Below the pieces are notes generated by a model. The model did not search any database, was not told the DNA's origin, and saw nothing but the letters and a program-made list of their open reading frames with translations. The translations under genes were made by a program, and so were the position numbers. From assembly GCA_035503455.1 (NCBI GenBank), contig DATJTK010000175.1, positions 2,460 through 66,459 of the forward strand: 64,000 nt of DNA, written 5' to 3'. Position 1 is the stretch's first letter, and the number at the start of each line of letters is the position of its first letter. Below, in pieces: positions 9,317-17,625 of this stretch. Source of the stretch: Candidatus Sulfotelmatobacter sp. (GTDB lineage Bacteria > Verrucomicrobiota > Verrucomicrobiia > Limisphaerales > UBA11358).

Positions 9317-11053
9317 ATGCATCAAGAGCGGATCATTGCAATGAATATTGAAATCGAGCTAACGAGAAACCCGATACCGGTACACATCGATCCGCCTCCG
9401 GCCGGCGCGCATGGGGCGTGGCTGGAATTTCGCGGCGTTGTACGCGATGAAGAAAATGGAAAGAAAATTTCCGTGCTCGAATATGAAGCCTATCCTGAGA
9501 TGGCGACGCGCGAAATCCGCCGGTTGCTTGAAGAAATATCCTCGCGTCATCCCTGTCTGGCGGCCGAAATCATTCATCGTCTCGGAATTATTCCAGTTGG
9601 GGAAACGGCCATCTATGTCGGCATCGCATCGGCCCATCGCGCTGAGGGCATTGCGCTTTTGGGCGAATTCATGGACAAGCTCAAACAGGATGTGCCAATT
9701 TGGAAAAGCCGCGCTGTGCCAACTGGGGAAAGTTCGGCGGAGAAGGCACCGATCGAACCGACAGGCCGGGCAGTCCAGTCCCAGATAGGGAATGCGTTCG
9801 GGCGGCCAGCCGATTTGGAAATCGGCGATACGGCAAAGCGCACCGCTTCCCCCGTGACGTCTCTGGATCAAGCTCTGGCAAGGATTTCGGATCACTGCGT
9901 TCCGCTCCCGGCTGTGGCCATGCCGCTCGACGTAAGCTTTGGCTTTGGGCGCGTCCTGCGCGAAACAGTCCTCGCCCCGACGGATTTGCCGGACTGCGAC
10001 CGTTCCACGCGAGACGGCTACGCCATTTTGGAAAACGATTCTTCCGCAAGCTTTCAAATCGTTGATGCCATTCATGCCGCCGATTGGAAACCGCGGCAAT
10101 TGGAACCCGGCCAAACCGTTCGCGTTGCCACTGGGGCATCACTCCCATGCGCCAACCTGCGGGTCATCATGCAGGAAAATGTCGAGCGCAACGGGGAACA
10201 AATTCGGGTTCTGAAACGTGAAACGGACTTCAATATTCGCAGGCGTGGCGAAGAAATAAAAGCCGGCGCACCACTCGTTCAGGCCGGCGAATATCTGAAC
10301 GCCGGCAAACTCGCCTTGCTTGCGTCAGCGGGCTGTGTCCGGCCTGTGGTCAGCCCCCGGTTGCACGTCTTTCATTTCACGACCGGCGACGAAATTGTCC
10401 CTCCCTATCAGACGCCAAAACCCGGCCAGATTCGTGACAGCAACTCGTTCCTGATTCGCGGTCTGCTCCGACATTTTCGGTGCGTTTTGTTTCAGGACCA
10501 TTTGCGGGAAGATTTTAAATTAGCGACAACGCAAATTTCCAACCGAAGAGAAGAACTGGAAAGAGCCGACGTGGTGTTGTTCTCTGGCGGCGCAAGCGTT
10601 GGCGACAAAGACTTCACCCGGCCTTTGCTTGTGTCATTGGGTTTTGAAATCGTATTTTCGAACGTGCCGATTCGACCAGGCCGTCCGACTATTTTTGGAG
10701 TGAATGGCCGGCAAATTGCCTTTGGATTACCGGGAAATCCGCTGGCCCACTTCGTTTGTTTTTATTTATTTGTGGCGCCGGCGCTGGCACTATTGTCCGG
10801 CGGCAGGACGCCAGGGTTTTTGCGCGGCACGCTGGCGGCGCGTTTGGATGATGCCGCAAACCCGCGCGAAACGCTTTGGCCGGCGCGGCTGGAGTTGGCA
10901 GGCGGCCAGGCGCGCTTGCGCCCGCTTGCGTGGTCCAGTTCCGGTGATGTCACCTGCCTGACGGAAGCAAATGCTTTGCTTCGCGTCCCGCCGAATTGCA
11001 ACGAAATGGAACCAGGCGCGGGGATCGAATTTTTGCCGGCCAACGGGCTATGA
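9317..11053 (+). CDS. MoaE-MoeA fusion protein (molybdopterin synthase catalytic subunit fused to molybdopterin molybdenumtransferase)
   Basis: N-terminal part is MoaE-like (LEFRGVVRDE...EYEAYPEMA...IYVGIASAHRAEG...DVPIWKS). From about aa 180 it is MoeA-like (SLDQAL...DRSTRDGYAI...GGASVGDKDF...LPGNPLA). No in-frame stop lies between them. An alternative start is the ATG at 9341. The in-frame GTG at 9854 could also start a stand-alone MoeA. Confidence 0.85.
   Translation: MHQERIIAMNIEIELTRNPIPVHIDPPPAGAHGAWLEFRGVVRDEENGKKISVLEYEAYPEMATREIRRLLEEISSRHPCLAAEIIHRLGIIPVGETAIYVGIASAHRAEGIALLGEFMDKLKQDVPIWKSRAVPTGESSAEKAPIEPTGRAVQSQIGNAFGRPADLEIGDTAKRTASPVTSLDQALARISDHCVPLPAVAMPLDVSFGFGRVLRETVLAPTDLPDCDRSTRDGYAILENDSSASFQIVDAIHAADWKPRQLEPGQTVRVATGASLPCANLRVIMQENVERNGEQIRVLKRETDFNIRRRGEEIKAGAPLVQAGEYLNAGKLALLASAGCVRPVVSPRLHVFHFTTGDEIVPPYQTPKPGQIRDSNSFLIRGLLRHFRCVLFQDHLREDFKLATTQISNRREELERADVVLFSGGASVGDKDFTRPLLVSLGFEIVFSNVPIRPGRPTIFGVNGRQIAFGLPGNPLAHFVCFYLFVAPALALLSGGRTPGFLRGTLAARLDDAANPRETLWPARLELAGGQARLRPLAWSSSGDVTCLTEANALLRVPPNCNEMEPGAGIEFLPANGL
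9795..9833 (-). repeat. Copy of the 'GATTTCCAAATC hairpin' repeat family inside the MoaE-MoeA linker (in frame)
   Basis: 37 of 39 nt are identical to the reverse complement of 46882-46920 (intergenic copy after rarA). Contains the hairpin gccgatttggaaatcggc (9809-9826). Translated as ...FGRPADLEIGDT... Confidence 0.85.
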
Positions 11054-11056
11054 ATC

Positions 11057-11506
11057 ATGAAAGAAAAATTTTCGCATTTAGATGAGCACGGCGGGGCACG
11101 GATGGTCAATGTCGGACGCAAGCCGGCCTTGCGACGCACGGCCGTCGCGGAAGGGCGTCTCATTTGCCAACCTTCTACCATTCAAGCGCTCAAGAAACAT
11201 GCCCTCCCGAAAGGCGATGTTCTGACCGTCGCGCAGATTGCCGGCATTCAGGCCGCCAAAAAAACGGCCGAACTGATTCCCCTTTGCCATACACTCCCGC
11301 TCAGCCACGTCGAAGTGAGCTTTAATATTCGTGCCGGAGCCGTTGAAATCCTGTGTTCGGCGGAGACAGTTTCACAAACCGGAGTTGAAATGGAAGCCCT
11401 GGCCGGCGTCACCGTCGCGGCCCTGGCGCTCTATGACATGTGCAAGGCCGTGGACAAGGAAATGCGCATTGACGGCATTCGCGTCGTCGAAAAAACCAAA
11501 GGATGA
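11057..11506 (+). CDS. moaC: Cyclic pyranopterin monophosphate synthase MoaC
   Basis: MVNVGRKP..., IPLCHTLPL and [23 protein letters not shown] motifs. Confidence 0.93.
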   Translation: MKEKFSHLDEHGGARMVNVGRKPALRRTAVAEGRLICQPSTIQALKKHALPKGDVLTVAQIAGIQAAKKTAELIPLCHTLPLSHVEVSFNIRAGAVEILCSAETVSQTGVEMEALAGVTVAALALYDMCKAVDKEMRIDGIRVVEKTKG

Positions 11507-11994
11507 AAATCGGCCGCATTACTATCAGCGACCGTGCCAGCGCGGGCATTTACGAAGACCGGAGCGGCCCGGAAATTGAAAAGGCATTGTGTGACTTTTT
11601 AGGCAGCGCGGTCAAATTTCAATCGGCCATTGTGCCGGACGAAGTCCCGTTGATTACCGCGGCGCTCAGGAAATTCGCGGATGAAATGAAGTGTGACCTG
11701 GTGGTGACAACGGGCGGCACGGGAATTGCCTCACGCGACGTGACACCGGAAGCCACGCGGCCTGTTCTCGAAAAGGAATTGCCCGGCTTCGGCGAAGCAA
11801 TGCGAATGCAATCGCTGGCAAAAGTGAAAACGGCCATTTTATCCCGCGCCCTGGCAGGCACGCGCGGCCGGACACTGATCATCAACCTGCCCGGCAAACC
11901 AACCGCCGTGCGCGAATGCCTGGAAATCCTCGCCCCGGCCATCCGTGAAGGCGTTGCGCACTTGCGCGGCGACGATCCACATGACAGAATATAA
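11503..11994 (+). CDS. mog: Molybdopterin adenylyltransferase (MogA/MoaB family)
   Basis: ITISDRASAGIYEDRSGP and VVTTGGTGIASRDVTPEA motifs. ATGA start/stop overlap with moaC. Confidence 0.88.
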   Translation: MKIGRITISDRASAGIYEDRSGPEIEKALCDFLGSAVKFQSAIVPDEVPLITAALRKFADEMKCDLVVTTGGTGIASRDVTPEATRPVLEKELPGFGEAMRMQSLAKVKTAILSRALAGTRGRTLIINLPGKPTAVRECLEILAPAIREGVAHLRGDDPHDRI

Positions 11995-12005
11995 ATGACA
12001 TTATT

Positions 12006-12980
12006 GTGGACGCTCACGGACGAAATATTGATTACCTGCGCATCTCGATCACCGACCGGTGCAACGAGCGGTGTCTTTATTGCATGCCGGAAGGCTACAA
12101 AGGCTGGGAAACCACGCGCGACCATCTCACAGCGGAGGAAATCATTCGCGTGGTCCGCATTGCGGCAGGAATCGGATTTCGCAAGTTCCGACTCACCGGC
12201 GGCGAGCCGCTGGTCCGCCGCGATATCCTGGACGTCGTCCAGGGAATGAAACAAGTCCCCGGCGTCGAGGACGTCGGTCTCTCGACGAATGGGACAAAAC
12301 TCGGTCCGCTGGCCGGGCCGCTTCGCGCGGCGGGTGTTCGCAGCGTGAATGTAAGCCTCGACGCGCTCGACCCGGGGATTTATCGCCGGGTGACCGGCGG
12401 TGATTTGGATTTGGTCCTGGCCGGCATCCGCGCCGCCTCGACGTCCGGCTTTGAACGCATCAAATTGAATTGCGTCCTGATGCGCGGCGTCAACGAAAAC
12501 GAAATTTGGCCGCTCGTCCTCTTTGCGGCTGAGCATGGATTTCCTTTGCGGTTCATCGAACTCATGCCGTTGACCCGCACGGAAGTATTGACTGAGGAGA
12601 ATTTCTTTCCCATCGGCGATGCCATGCGGCTTTTGTCCGGGCGCGACGAATTGGTTCCGCAACCGGGCGCGCGCATTGGCCACGGTCCGGCCGCGTATTA
12701 CCTGCTGCGGCACACTGGCGCCCTTGTCGGTTTTATCGGCGCGCTGACGAATCTCCATTTTTGCGATCAGTGCAATAAAATGCGCCTGACTTCGGACGGT
12801 AAAATTCGTCCCTGCCTGGGCAACCACGGCGAACTCGATTTACGCGCCGTATTGCGCGAAGGCGGGAACGATGAAGCCCTGCGAGCCGTCTTCCTCGAAG
12901 CCCTTCGCATCAAACCGCTGGAACACGAGTTCCGGAATCAATATCAGCCCCAGCGGCCAATGACGGCGATTGGCGGATGA
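12006..12980 (+). CDS. moaA: GTP 3',8-cyclase MoaA (radical SAM)
   Basis: DYLRISITDRCNERCLYCMPE (CxxxCxxC) and the C-terminal cluster CDQCNKMRLTSDGKIRPCL. GTG start. Confidence 0.93.
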   Translation: MDAHGRNIDYLRISITDRCNERCLYCMPEGYKGWETTRDHLTAEEIIRVVRIAAGIGFRKFRLTGGEPLVRRDILDVVQGMKQVPGVEDVGLSTNGTKLGPLAGPLRAAGVRSVNVSLDALDPGIYRRVTGGDLDLVLAGIRAASTSGFERIKLNCVLMRGVNENEIWPLVLFAAEHGFPLRFIELMPLTRTEVLTEENFFPIGDAMRLLSGRDELVPQPGARIGHGPAAYYLLRHTGALVGFIGALTNLHFCDQCNKMRLTSDGKIRPCLGNHGELDLRAVLREGGNDEALRAVFLEALRIKPLEHEFRNQYQPQRPMTAIGG

Positions 12981-12991
12981 TGGCTGGCCGG

Positions 12992-13176
12992 GCGCCGTAG
13001 CGCAGTTTTCCAAACCTGCCGACTTGAGCGGTTTGGGAAACCGCGAAAGGGATTGCCGGAGCGAAGCGAAGGCAAGGCAAGGCAAGGCCCGAAGGGCCGA
13101 GCGAGCGGGAGCGAGCGAGCCAATCGCCGATTTCCAAATTGGCCAGCCGTCCGACGTTGTACTATGCCGCGCGCCC
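12992..13176 (+). repeat. Composite hairpin repeat, copy A (divergent, interrupted by low-complexity (GGCAA)3 / GAGCGAGC tracts)
   Basis: Has gtagcgcag + hairpin gcagttttccaaacctgc (13002-19), gcggtttgggaaaccgc (13028-44) and gccgatttccaaattggc (13126-43) + cgacgttgtactatgcc. Homologous to copies at 17332-17556 and 46853-47037. Fills the gap between the convergent moaA and GH29 genes. Confidence 0.8.
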
Positions 13177-13182
13177 AGACAG

Positions 13183-14619
13183 TCATTCAATCTGCGGCGT
13201 GCCGGGGAATTCCAAAACTACAGTCGAAGAGATTTTATCAGGCGCGGTCCTGGGAAGAGTCAGGTTCAGACCATCGGAATCACTGGCGAATTGCAATTGT
13301 TTCCGTTCACCAAAAAGACTGGGTTTCAACAGATATGCTTTGGCGACCTGGTTTTTCAGATTCGGCACGGACAATTTGCCATCGGCGGGCCAATCCCACA
13401 CGTGCAGGTACAAGATCGTTTTGTCCGGCAGGACTTTTTCCGTGCAGCGGCCCCAGTCAAAGGGATGTCCAAACGGGCTGGCGGTGGTCCCATAGATGGA
13501 GTCGCCATTGACCTTCATCCACTCTCCAATTTCCTGCAACCGCTCGACTTCCGGCTGCGGAATTTCGCCGGCGCTTGTCGGGCCGACGTTCAGCAAATAA
13601 TTGCCGCCTTTGCTGGCGATGTCCACGAGGTTGTGAATGAGCGTCTCGGCGCTTTTGAATTTTGTGTCCGAGGATTTGTAGCCCCATGTGCCGTTAATGG
13701 TCATGCAGGTTTCCCAGTCGCCCGAAAGACCGTTGGCCGGAATTTTCTGCTCGGGTGTCTGGTAATCACCGGTGAGATGATGTTCATCCAGGCGATTGTT
13801 GGTGATGATGCCGGGTTTGAGCTTCAATAGCGGCAACAGCTTTTCAACACGGTCGGGCGTCATGCCAACCGGCGTGTCCCACCACAGGACCGCCGGCGTA
13901 TCCGGTCCGTAATTGCTCAGCAACTCCCTTACTTGCGGCACGGCTACTTTATCTTCGTACTCGTCAAAGCTGCCCGTCTGCGCGGGGTCCCAGTGATGTT
14001 GTTTGTCCACGTCCGCTTCGGGATGTTTGCTCGCGGCCGCGCCGCCGGGATGATGCCAGTCCTGTGCCTCGGAGTAATAGAACCCGAGCCGGATGTTTTG
14101 TTTTCGGCAGGCATCCGCCAGTTCCGCGAGCGGATCATGATGCCAGGGTGTGGCGTCGTAAATGTTGTAACCGTCCACGTGGGTATGGAACATCGCAAAG
14201 CCGTCGTGATGTTTGGCCGTTATGACGATGTATTTCATGCCGGCATCTTTGGCAATCCTGACCCATTCATCGGCGTTAAAATTTGTCGGATCAAATTGCT
14301 TCGCGTAGGACGCATATTCGGCGACCGGAATGTCGGCCCAGCGCATGATCCATTCGGCTGCATGCGGCACCGTTTGGCCGTGGTAAGTGCCAGCCGGGAC
14401 CGAGTACACACCCCAATGAATGAACATCCCGAATTTCGCCTCACGCCACCATTGCATGCGCTCGTCGTGCGTGGGGCCGTAGTCCTGTTTCCACATCTCG
14501 AGCGCCGGATCATCGGTGTCCGCTGCGTGGGAATTTGCCCCGGGAAGCCATACAGCCGCGGCCAGGGCGGCGCTGGTGGTCATCCAAATGGGAAGTAATG
14601 GTACGATGCGTTTTTTCAT
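13183..14619 (-). CDS. Alpha-L-fucosidase (GH29), secreted
   Basis: FGMFIHWGVYSVPA, AGMKYIVITAKHHDGFAMFHT and KGGNYLLNVGPTSAGEIP motifs. Signal peptide follows the ATG at 14619 (MKKRIVPLLPIWMTTSAALAAA). Confidence 0.9.
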   Translation of the reverse strand: MKKRIVPLLPIWMTTSAALAAAVWLPGANSHAADTDDPALEMWKQDYGPTHDERMQWWREAKFGMFIHWGVYSVPAGTYHGQTVPHAAEWIMRWADIPVAEYASYAKQFDPTNFNADEWVRIAKDAGMKYIVITAKHHDGFAMFHTHVDGYNIYDATPWHHDPLAELADACRKQNIRLGFYYSEAQDWHHPGGAAASKHPEADVDKQHHWDPAQTGSFDEYEDKVAVPQVRELLSNYGPDTPAVLWWDTPVGMTPDRVEKLLPLLKLKPGIITNNRLDEHHLTGDYQTPEQKIPANGLSGDWETCMTINGTWGYKSSDTKFKSAETLIHNLVDIASKGGNYLLNVGPTSAGEIPQPEVERLQEIGEWMKVNGDSIYGTTASPFGHPFDWGRCTEKVLPDKTILYLHVWDWPADGKLSVPNLKNQVAKAYLLKPSLFGERKQLQFASDSDGLNLTLPRTAPDKISSTVVLEFPGTPQIE

Positions 14620-14663
14620 AACAATGGTGCTGTTTCCAGTGAAGTTGACGTGGCCGGGACTGT

Positions 14664-14680
14664 CAAGGTTTCCAAACCTG
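14664..14680. repeat. Solo copy of the GGTTTCCAAACC hairpin unit
   Basis: caaggtttccaaacctg lies in the divergent fucosidase/aldolase intergenic region. Confidence 0.5.
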
Positions 14681-14759
14681 AACGTTTGTTCTATGGCTTG
14701 CTTCCATTTTTTCCTCGACGGCCATCGCACCGGCCTATGACAATAGTTTTCAACGCCCT

Positions 14760-15524
14760 ATGAGACCGTCCGGCATTTTGAGGCAATTGATTCAGCTTTC
14801 TCACGAACTGGGTCACGAAGACCGGCAACTGGCCATTCTCGGCGAGGGCAATGTCAGCGCCGATTTGGACGGCAGCGCATTTTACGTCAAGGCCTCGGGC
14901 AGCCAGTTGGCGACGATTGATGCCGGCGGGTTTACCCGCGTGCGGATGGGGCCGATTTTCGACGCCCTGGAATCTCCGGACAAAACGGACGAGGAAGTCC
15001 GCAAGATTCTCGAAAAATCGCGCGCCGATAAAAGCGCGCGGCTCCCTTCGGTCGAAACGTTCCTGCATGCCGTTTGTCTGCGCGAGGGCGGCGCGAAATG
15101 GGTCGGGCATACTCATCCGGTTTCAGTCCTGAATATCCTTTGCAGCACCCTGGGCGCCGAACCCTTTCGACATCACATTTTTCCGGACGCGATTGTTGTT
15201 TGCGGCCGGCACATGGCAGTGGTTCCGTATGTGGACCCCGGCATTCGGCTGGCTGTTGCGTTGCGCGAATCTCTTCGTCAGTTCATTTCTGAACATAGCG
15301 TTCCGCCCAAGGTCATTCTGATGCTCAATCATGGTCCGGTCGTTTTGGGGCAAAGTCCGCGGGATGTTCTGAACTCGATGCTGATGCTGGATAAATGGGC
15401 GAGGATTCTCGTTGGCAATTACATGGTCAGCGGCCCGCGATTTTTGGATGAAACGTTGTCCGACCGCATCGAAAACCGGCCGGACGAACATTACCGCCGC
15501 CGCGTCATCGACAATTTGAAATAG
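14760..15524 (+). CDS. Class II aldolase/adducin-family protein (possible L-fuculose-phosphate aldolase)
   Basis: GEGNVSA and VGHTHP metal-site-like motifs. Located immediately upstream of fucI. Confidence 0.7.
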   Translation: MRPSGILRQLIQLSHELGHEDRQLAILGEGNVSADLDGSAFYVKASGSQLATIDAGGFTRVRMGPIFDALESPDKTDEEVRKILEKSRADKSARLPSVETFLHAVCLREGGAKWVGHTHPVSVLNILCSTLGAEPFRHHIFPDAIVVCGRHMAVVPYVDPGIRLAVALRESLRQFISEHSVPPKVILMLNHGPVVLGQSPRDVLNSMLMLDKWARILVGNYMVSGPRFLDETLSDRIENRPDEHYRRRVIDNLK

Positions 15525-15533
15525 CGTTAAACT

Positions 15534-17318
15534 ATGGAAAATCCCTTGTTCAAAAAACTGCCAAAAATTGGAATCCGTCCCGCCATTGACGGGCGGCTCG
15601 GAGGCGTTCGCGAATCACTCGAGGCGCAGACGATGAGCCAGGCCAAATCCGTGGCCGCATTGATTTCAAAAGAGTTGTACTATCCCAACGGCAAACCGGT
15701 TGAATGCGTCATCGCCGACAGTTGCATCGGCGGCGTCGCCGAAGCGGCTGCCTGTGCCGAAAAATTTTCCCGCGAAGGCGTCGGCGTTTCACTGACGATC
15801 ACGCCGTGCTGGTGTTATGGCAGTGAAACCATGGATATGGACCCGAGGATCCCCAAAGCCGTTTGGGGGTTCAACGGCACCGAACGGCCCGGCGCAGTTT
15901 ACCTTGCCGCCGTGCTGGCCGGTCACGCGCAAAAGGGTTTGCCTGCATTCGGCATTTACGGGCGCGACGTGCAGGACAGTAGCGATAAAACTATTCCTGA
16001 CGACGTCCGCGAAAAGATCCTGCGTTTTTGCCGGGCCGGTCTGTCCGTGGCCGTCATGCGCGGCAAATCTTATCTGGCCATGGGCGGCGTTTCGATGGGC
16101 ATCGCCGGTTCCATTGTCAGTCCTGAATTTTTCGAAAGTTACCTGGGCATGAGGGTCGAATCGGTGGACATGAGCGAGTTTGTGCGCCGCATGGAACGCA
16201 AAATTTTTGACCCGAAGGAATTTGGAAAGGCTTTTGAGTGGGTAAAGACGAATTGTAAAGAGGGTAAGGATTACAATTCGCCCAAAACTACGCGCCCGCG
16301 CGCGCAGTTGGATCGCGAATGGGAAATTTCCGTTAAGATGGCCCTCATCGCGCGCGACCTGATGATTGGCAATCCACGCCTCGCCAAACGCGGATTTGGC
16401 GAGGAATCGCTCGGGCACAACGCCATCGCGTCCGGTTTCCAGGGCCAGCGCCAGTGGACGGACCATCTTCCCAACGGCGACTTCATGGAAGCCATTCTGA
16501 ATACGTCGTTCGATTGGAATGGCGCGCGCGCGCCCTTCATCGTCGCCACGGAAAACGATTCGCTCAACGGCGCGTGCATGTTGTTCGGCTATTTGCTCAC
16601 AAACACCGCGCAGGTTTTCGCCGACGTGCGGACGTATTGGAGCGCCGCCGCTGTGAAACGTGTCACCGGCCATAAATTGGCCGGAGCAGCCGCCGACGGC
16701 TTTTTGCACCTCATCAACTCGGGCCCCGCCGCTCTGGACGGCGCGGGCGAACAGACAGTTGGCGGCAAGCCGGCGATGAAACCGTTTTGGAACATCACCG
16801 AAGCTGAAATCAAAAAATGTCTCGACGCGACAACGTGGCATCCGTCTATAACGGAGTATTTTCCAGGCGGCGGTTGGTCCACGCGGTTCCGGACGCGCGG
16901 CGGAATGCCTGTCACCGCATGCCGGTTAAACCTCGTCAAGGGCTTCGGACCGGCGCTCCAAATTGCCGAAGGCGAAACCATCGAACTGCCTGACAAAGTC
17001 CATGCCATCCTCGACGAACGCACCAACCCAACCTGGCCCACGACGTGGTTTGTGCCGCGGACCACGGGACATGGAGCGTTTAGTGACGTCTATACCGTGA
17101 TGAACAACTGGGGCGCGAATCATTGTTCCATGAGCTATGGCCATATCGGCGCGGAACTCATCAGCCTGGCCGCCATGCTGCGAATTCCGGTTTATATGCA
17201 CAATGTTCCCGACGAAAATATATTTCGCCCGAACGCCTGGAATGCCTTCGGTACCGCCGACCGCGAGGGCGCCGATTTTCGCGCCTGCGCCAATTTCGGG
17301 CCGCTTTACGGGCGCTGA
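15534..17318 (+). CDS. fucI: L-fucose isomerase
   Basis: N-terminus [26 protein letters not shown] closely parallels the E. coli FucI N-terminus as I recall it. Length 594 aa. Confidence 0.92.
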   Translation: MENPLFKKLPKIGIRPAIDGRLGGVRESLEAQTMSQAKSVAALISKELYYPNGKPVECVIADSCIGGVAEAAACAEKFSREGVGVSLTITPCWCYGSETMDMDPRIPKAVWGFNGTERPGAVYLAAVLAGHAQKGLPAFGIYGRDVQDSSDKTIPDDVREKILRFCRAGLSVAVMRGKSYLAMGGVSMGIAGSIVSPEFFESYLGMRVESVDMSEFVRRMERKIFDPKEFGKAFEWVKTNCKEGKDYNSPKTTRPRAQLDREWEISVKMALIARDLMIGNPRLAKRGFGEESLGHNAIASGFQGQRQWTDHLPNGDFMEAILNTSFDWNGARAPFIVATENDSLNGACMLFGYLLTNTAQVFADVRTYWSAAAVKRVTGHKLAGAAADGFLHLINSGPAALDGAGEQTVGGKPAMKPFWNITEAEIKKCLDATTWHPSITEYFPGGGWSTRFRTRGGMPVTACRLNLVKGFGPALQIAEGETIELPDKVHAILDERTNPTWPTTWFVPRTTGHGAFSDVYTVMNNWGANHCSMSYGHIGAELISLAAMLRIPVYMHNVPDENIFRPNAWNAFGTADREGADFRACANFGPLYGR

Positions 17319-17331
17319 TTTATGAACCCGC

Positions 17332-17556
17332 ACGTCGTAGCGCAGGTTTCCAAACCTGCTGTATCGCGGGTTTCCAAACCCGCTGACCGTACGGCGTCAT
17401 GCGCCCGTACAACCTGGGGACGAACGCGGTACGTCCGCCGCGCCAGCCGAAGGGGGCGACAAATTGCGACTTTTCTGAACTCCGACGTCGTACTACGCCG
17501 TGCGACCAGCAGGTTTGGAAACCTGCGATACAGCAGACTTGGAAGTCTGCGCTACG
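17332..17556. repeat. Composite hairpin repeat, copy B (MITE-like: two-hairpin left arm, ~120-nt centre, inverted two-hairpin right arm)
   Basis: Left arm: gtagcgcag + gcaggtttccaaacctgc (17341-58) + gcgggtttccaaacccgc (17365-82). Right arm: gcaggtttggaaacctgc (17508-25) + gcagacttggaagtctgc (17532-49) + gctacg. Lies between fucI and fucP. Confidence 0.85.
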
Positions 17557-17625
17557 GTTCACGGACCGGTGTGCTCCCATTCCTGGATGTCGAACCATTC
17601 CATGCGTTAACAAACCGAACCCGCC

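Noticed and set aside
11619-12827. 402-aa ORF on the minus strand
   Set aside because: It lies entirely antisense to mog and moaA, which have unambiguous motifs. Its Arg/Ala/Gly-rich composition is typical of shadow ORFs in GC-rich DNA.
12970-13830. 286-aa plus-strand ORF
   Set aside because: Its 5' part is a translation of the repeat element (copy A). The rest is antisense to the GH29 fucosidase.
15789-16841. 350-aa antisense ORF. Similar long shadow ORFs occur at 22095-22898, 46121-46900, 49917-50762, 52034-53122 and 59218-60204
   Set aside because: Each overlaps a confidently identified gene (fucI, MBL hydrolase, rarA, rlmN, GT39, OMP) on the opposite strand or in another frame. None shows a recognisable motif.
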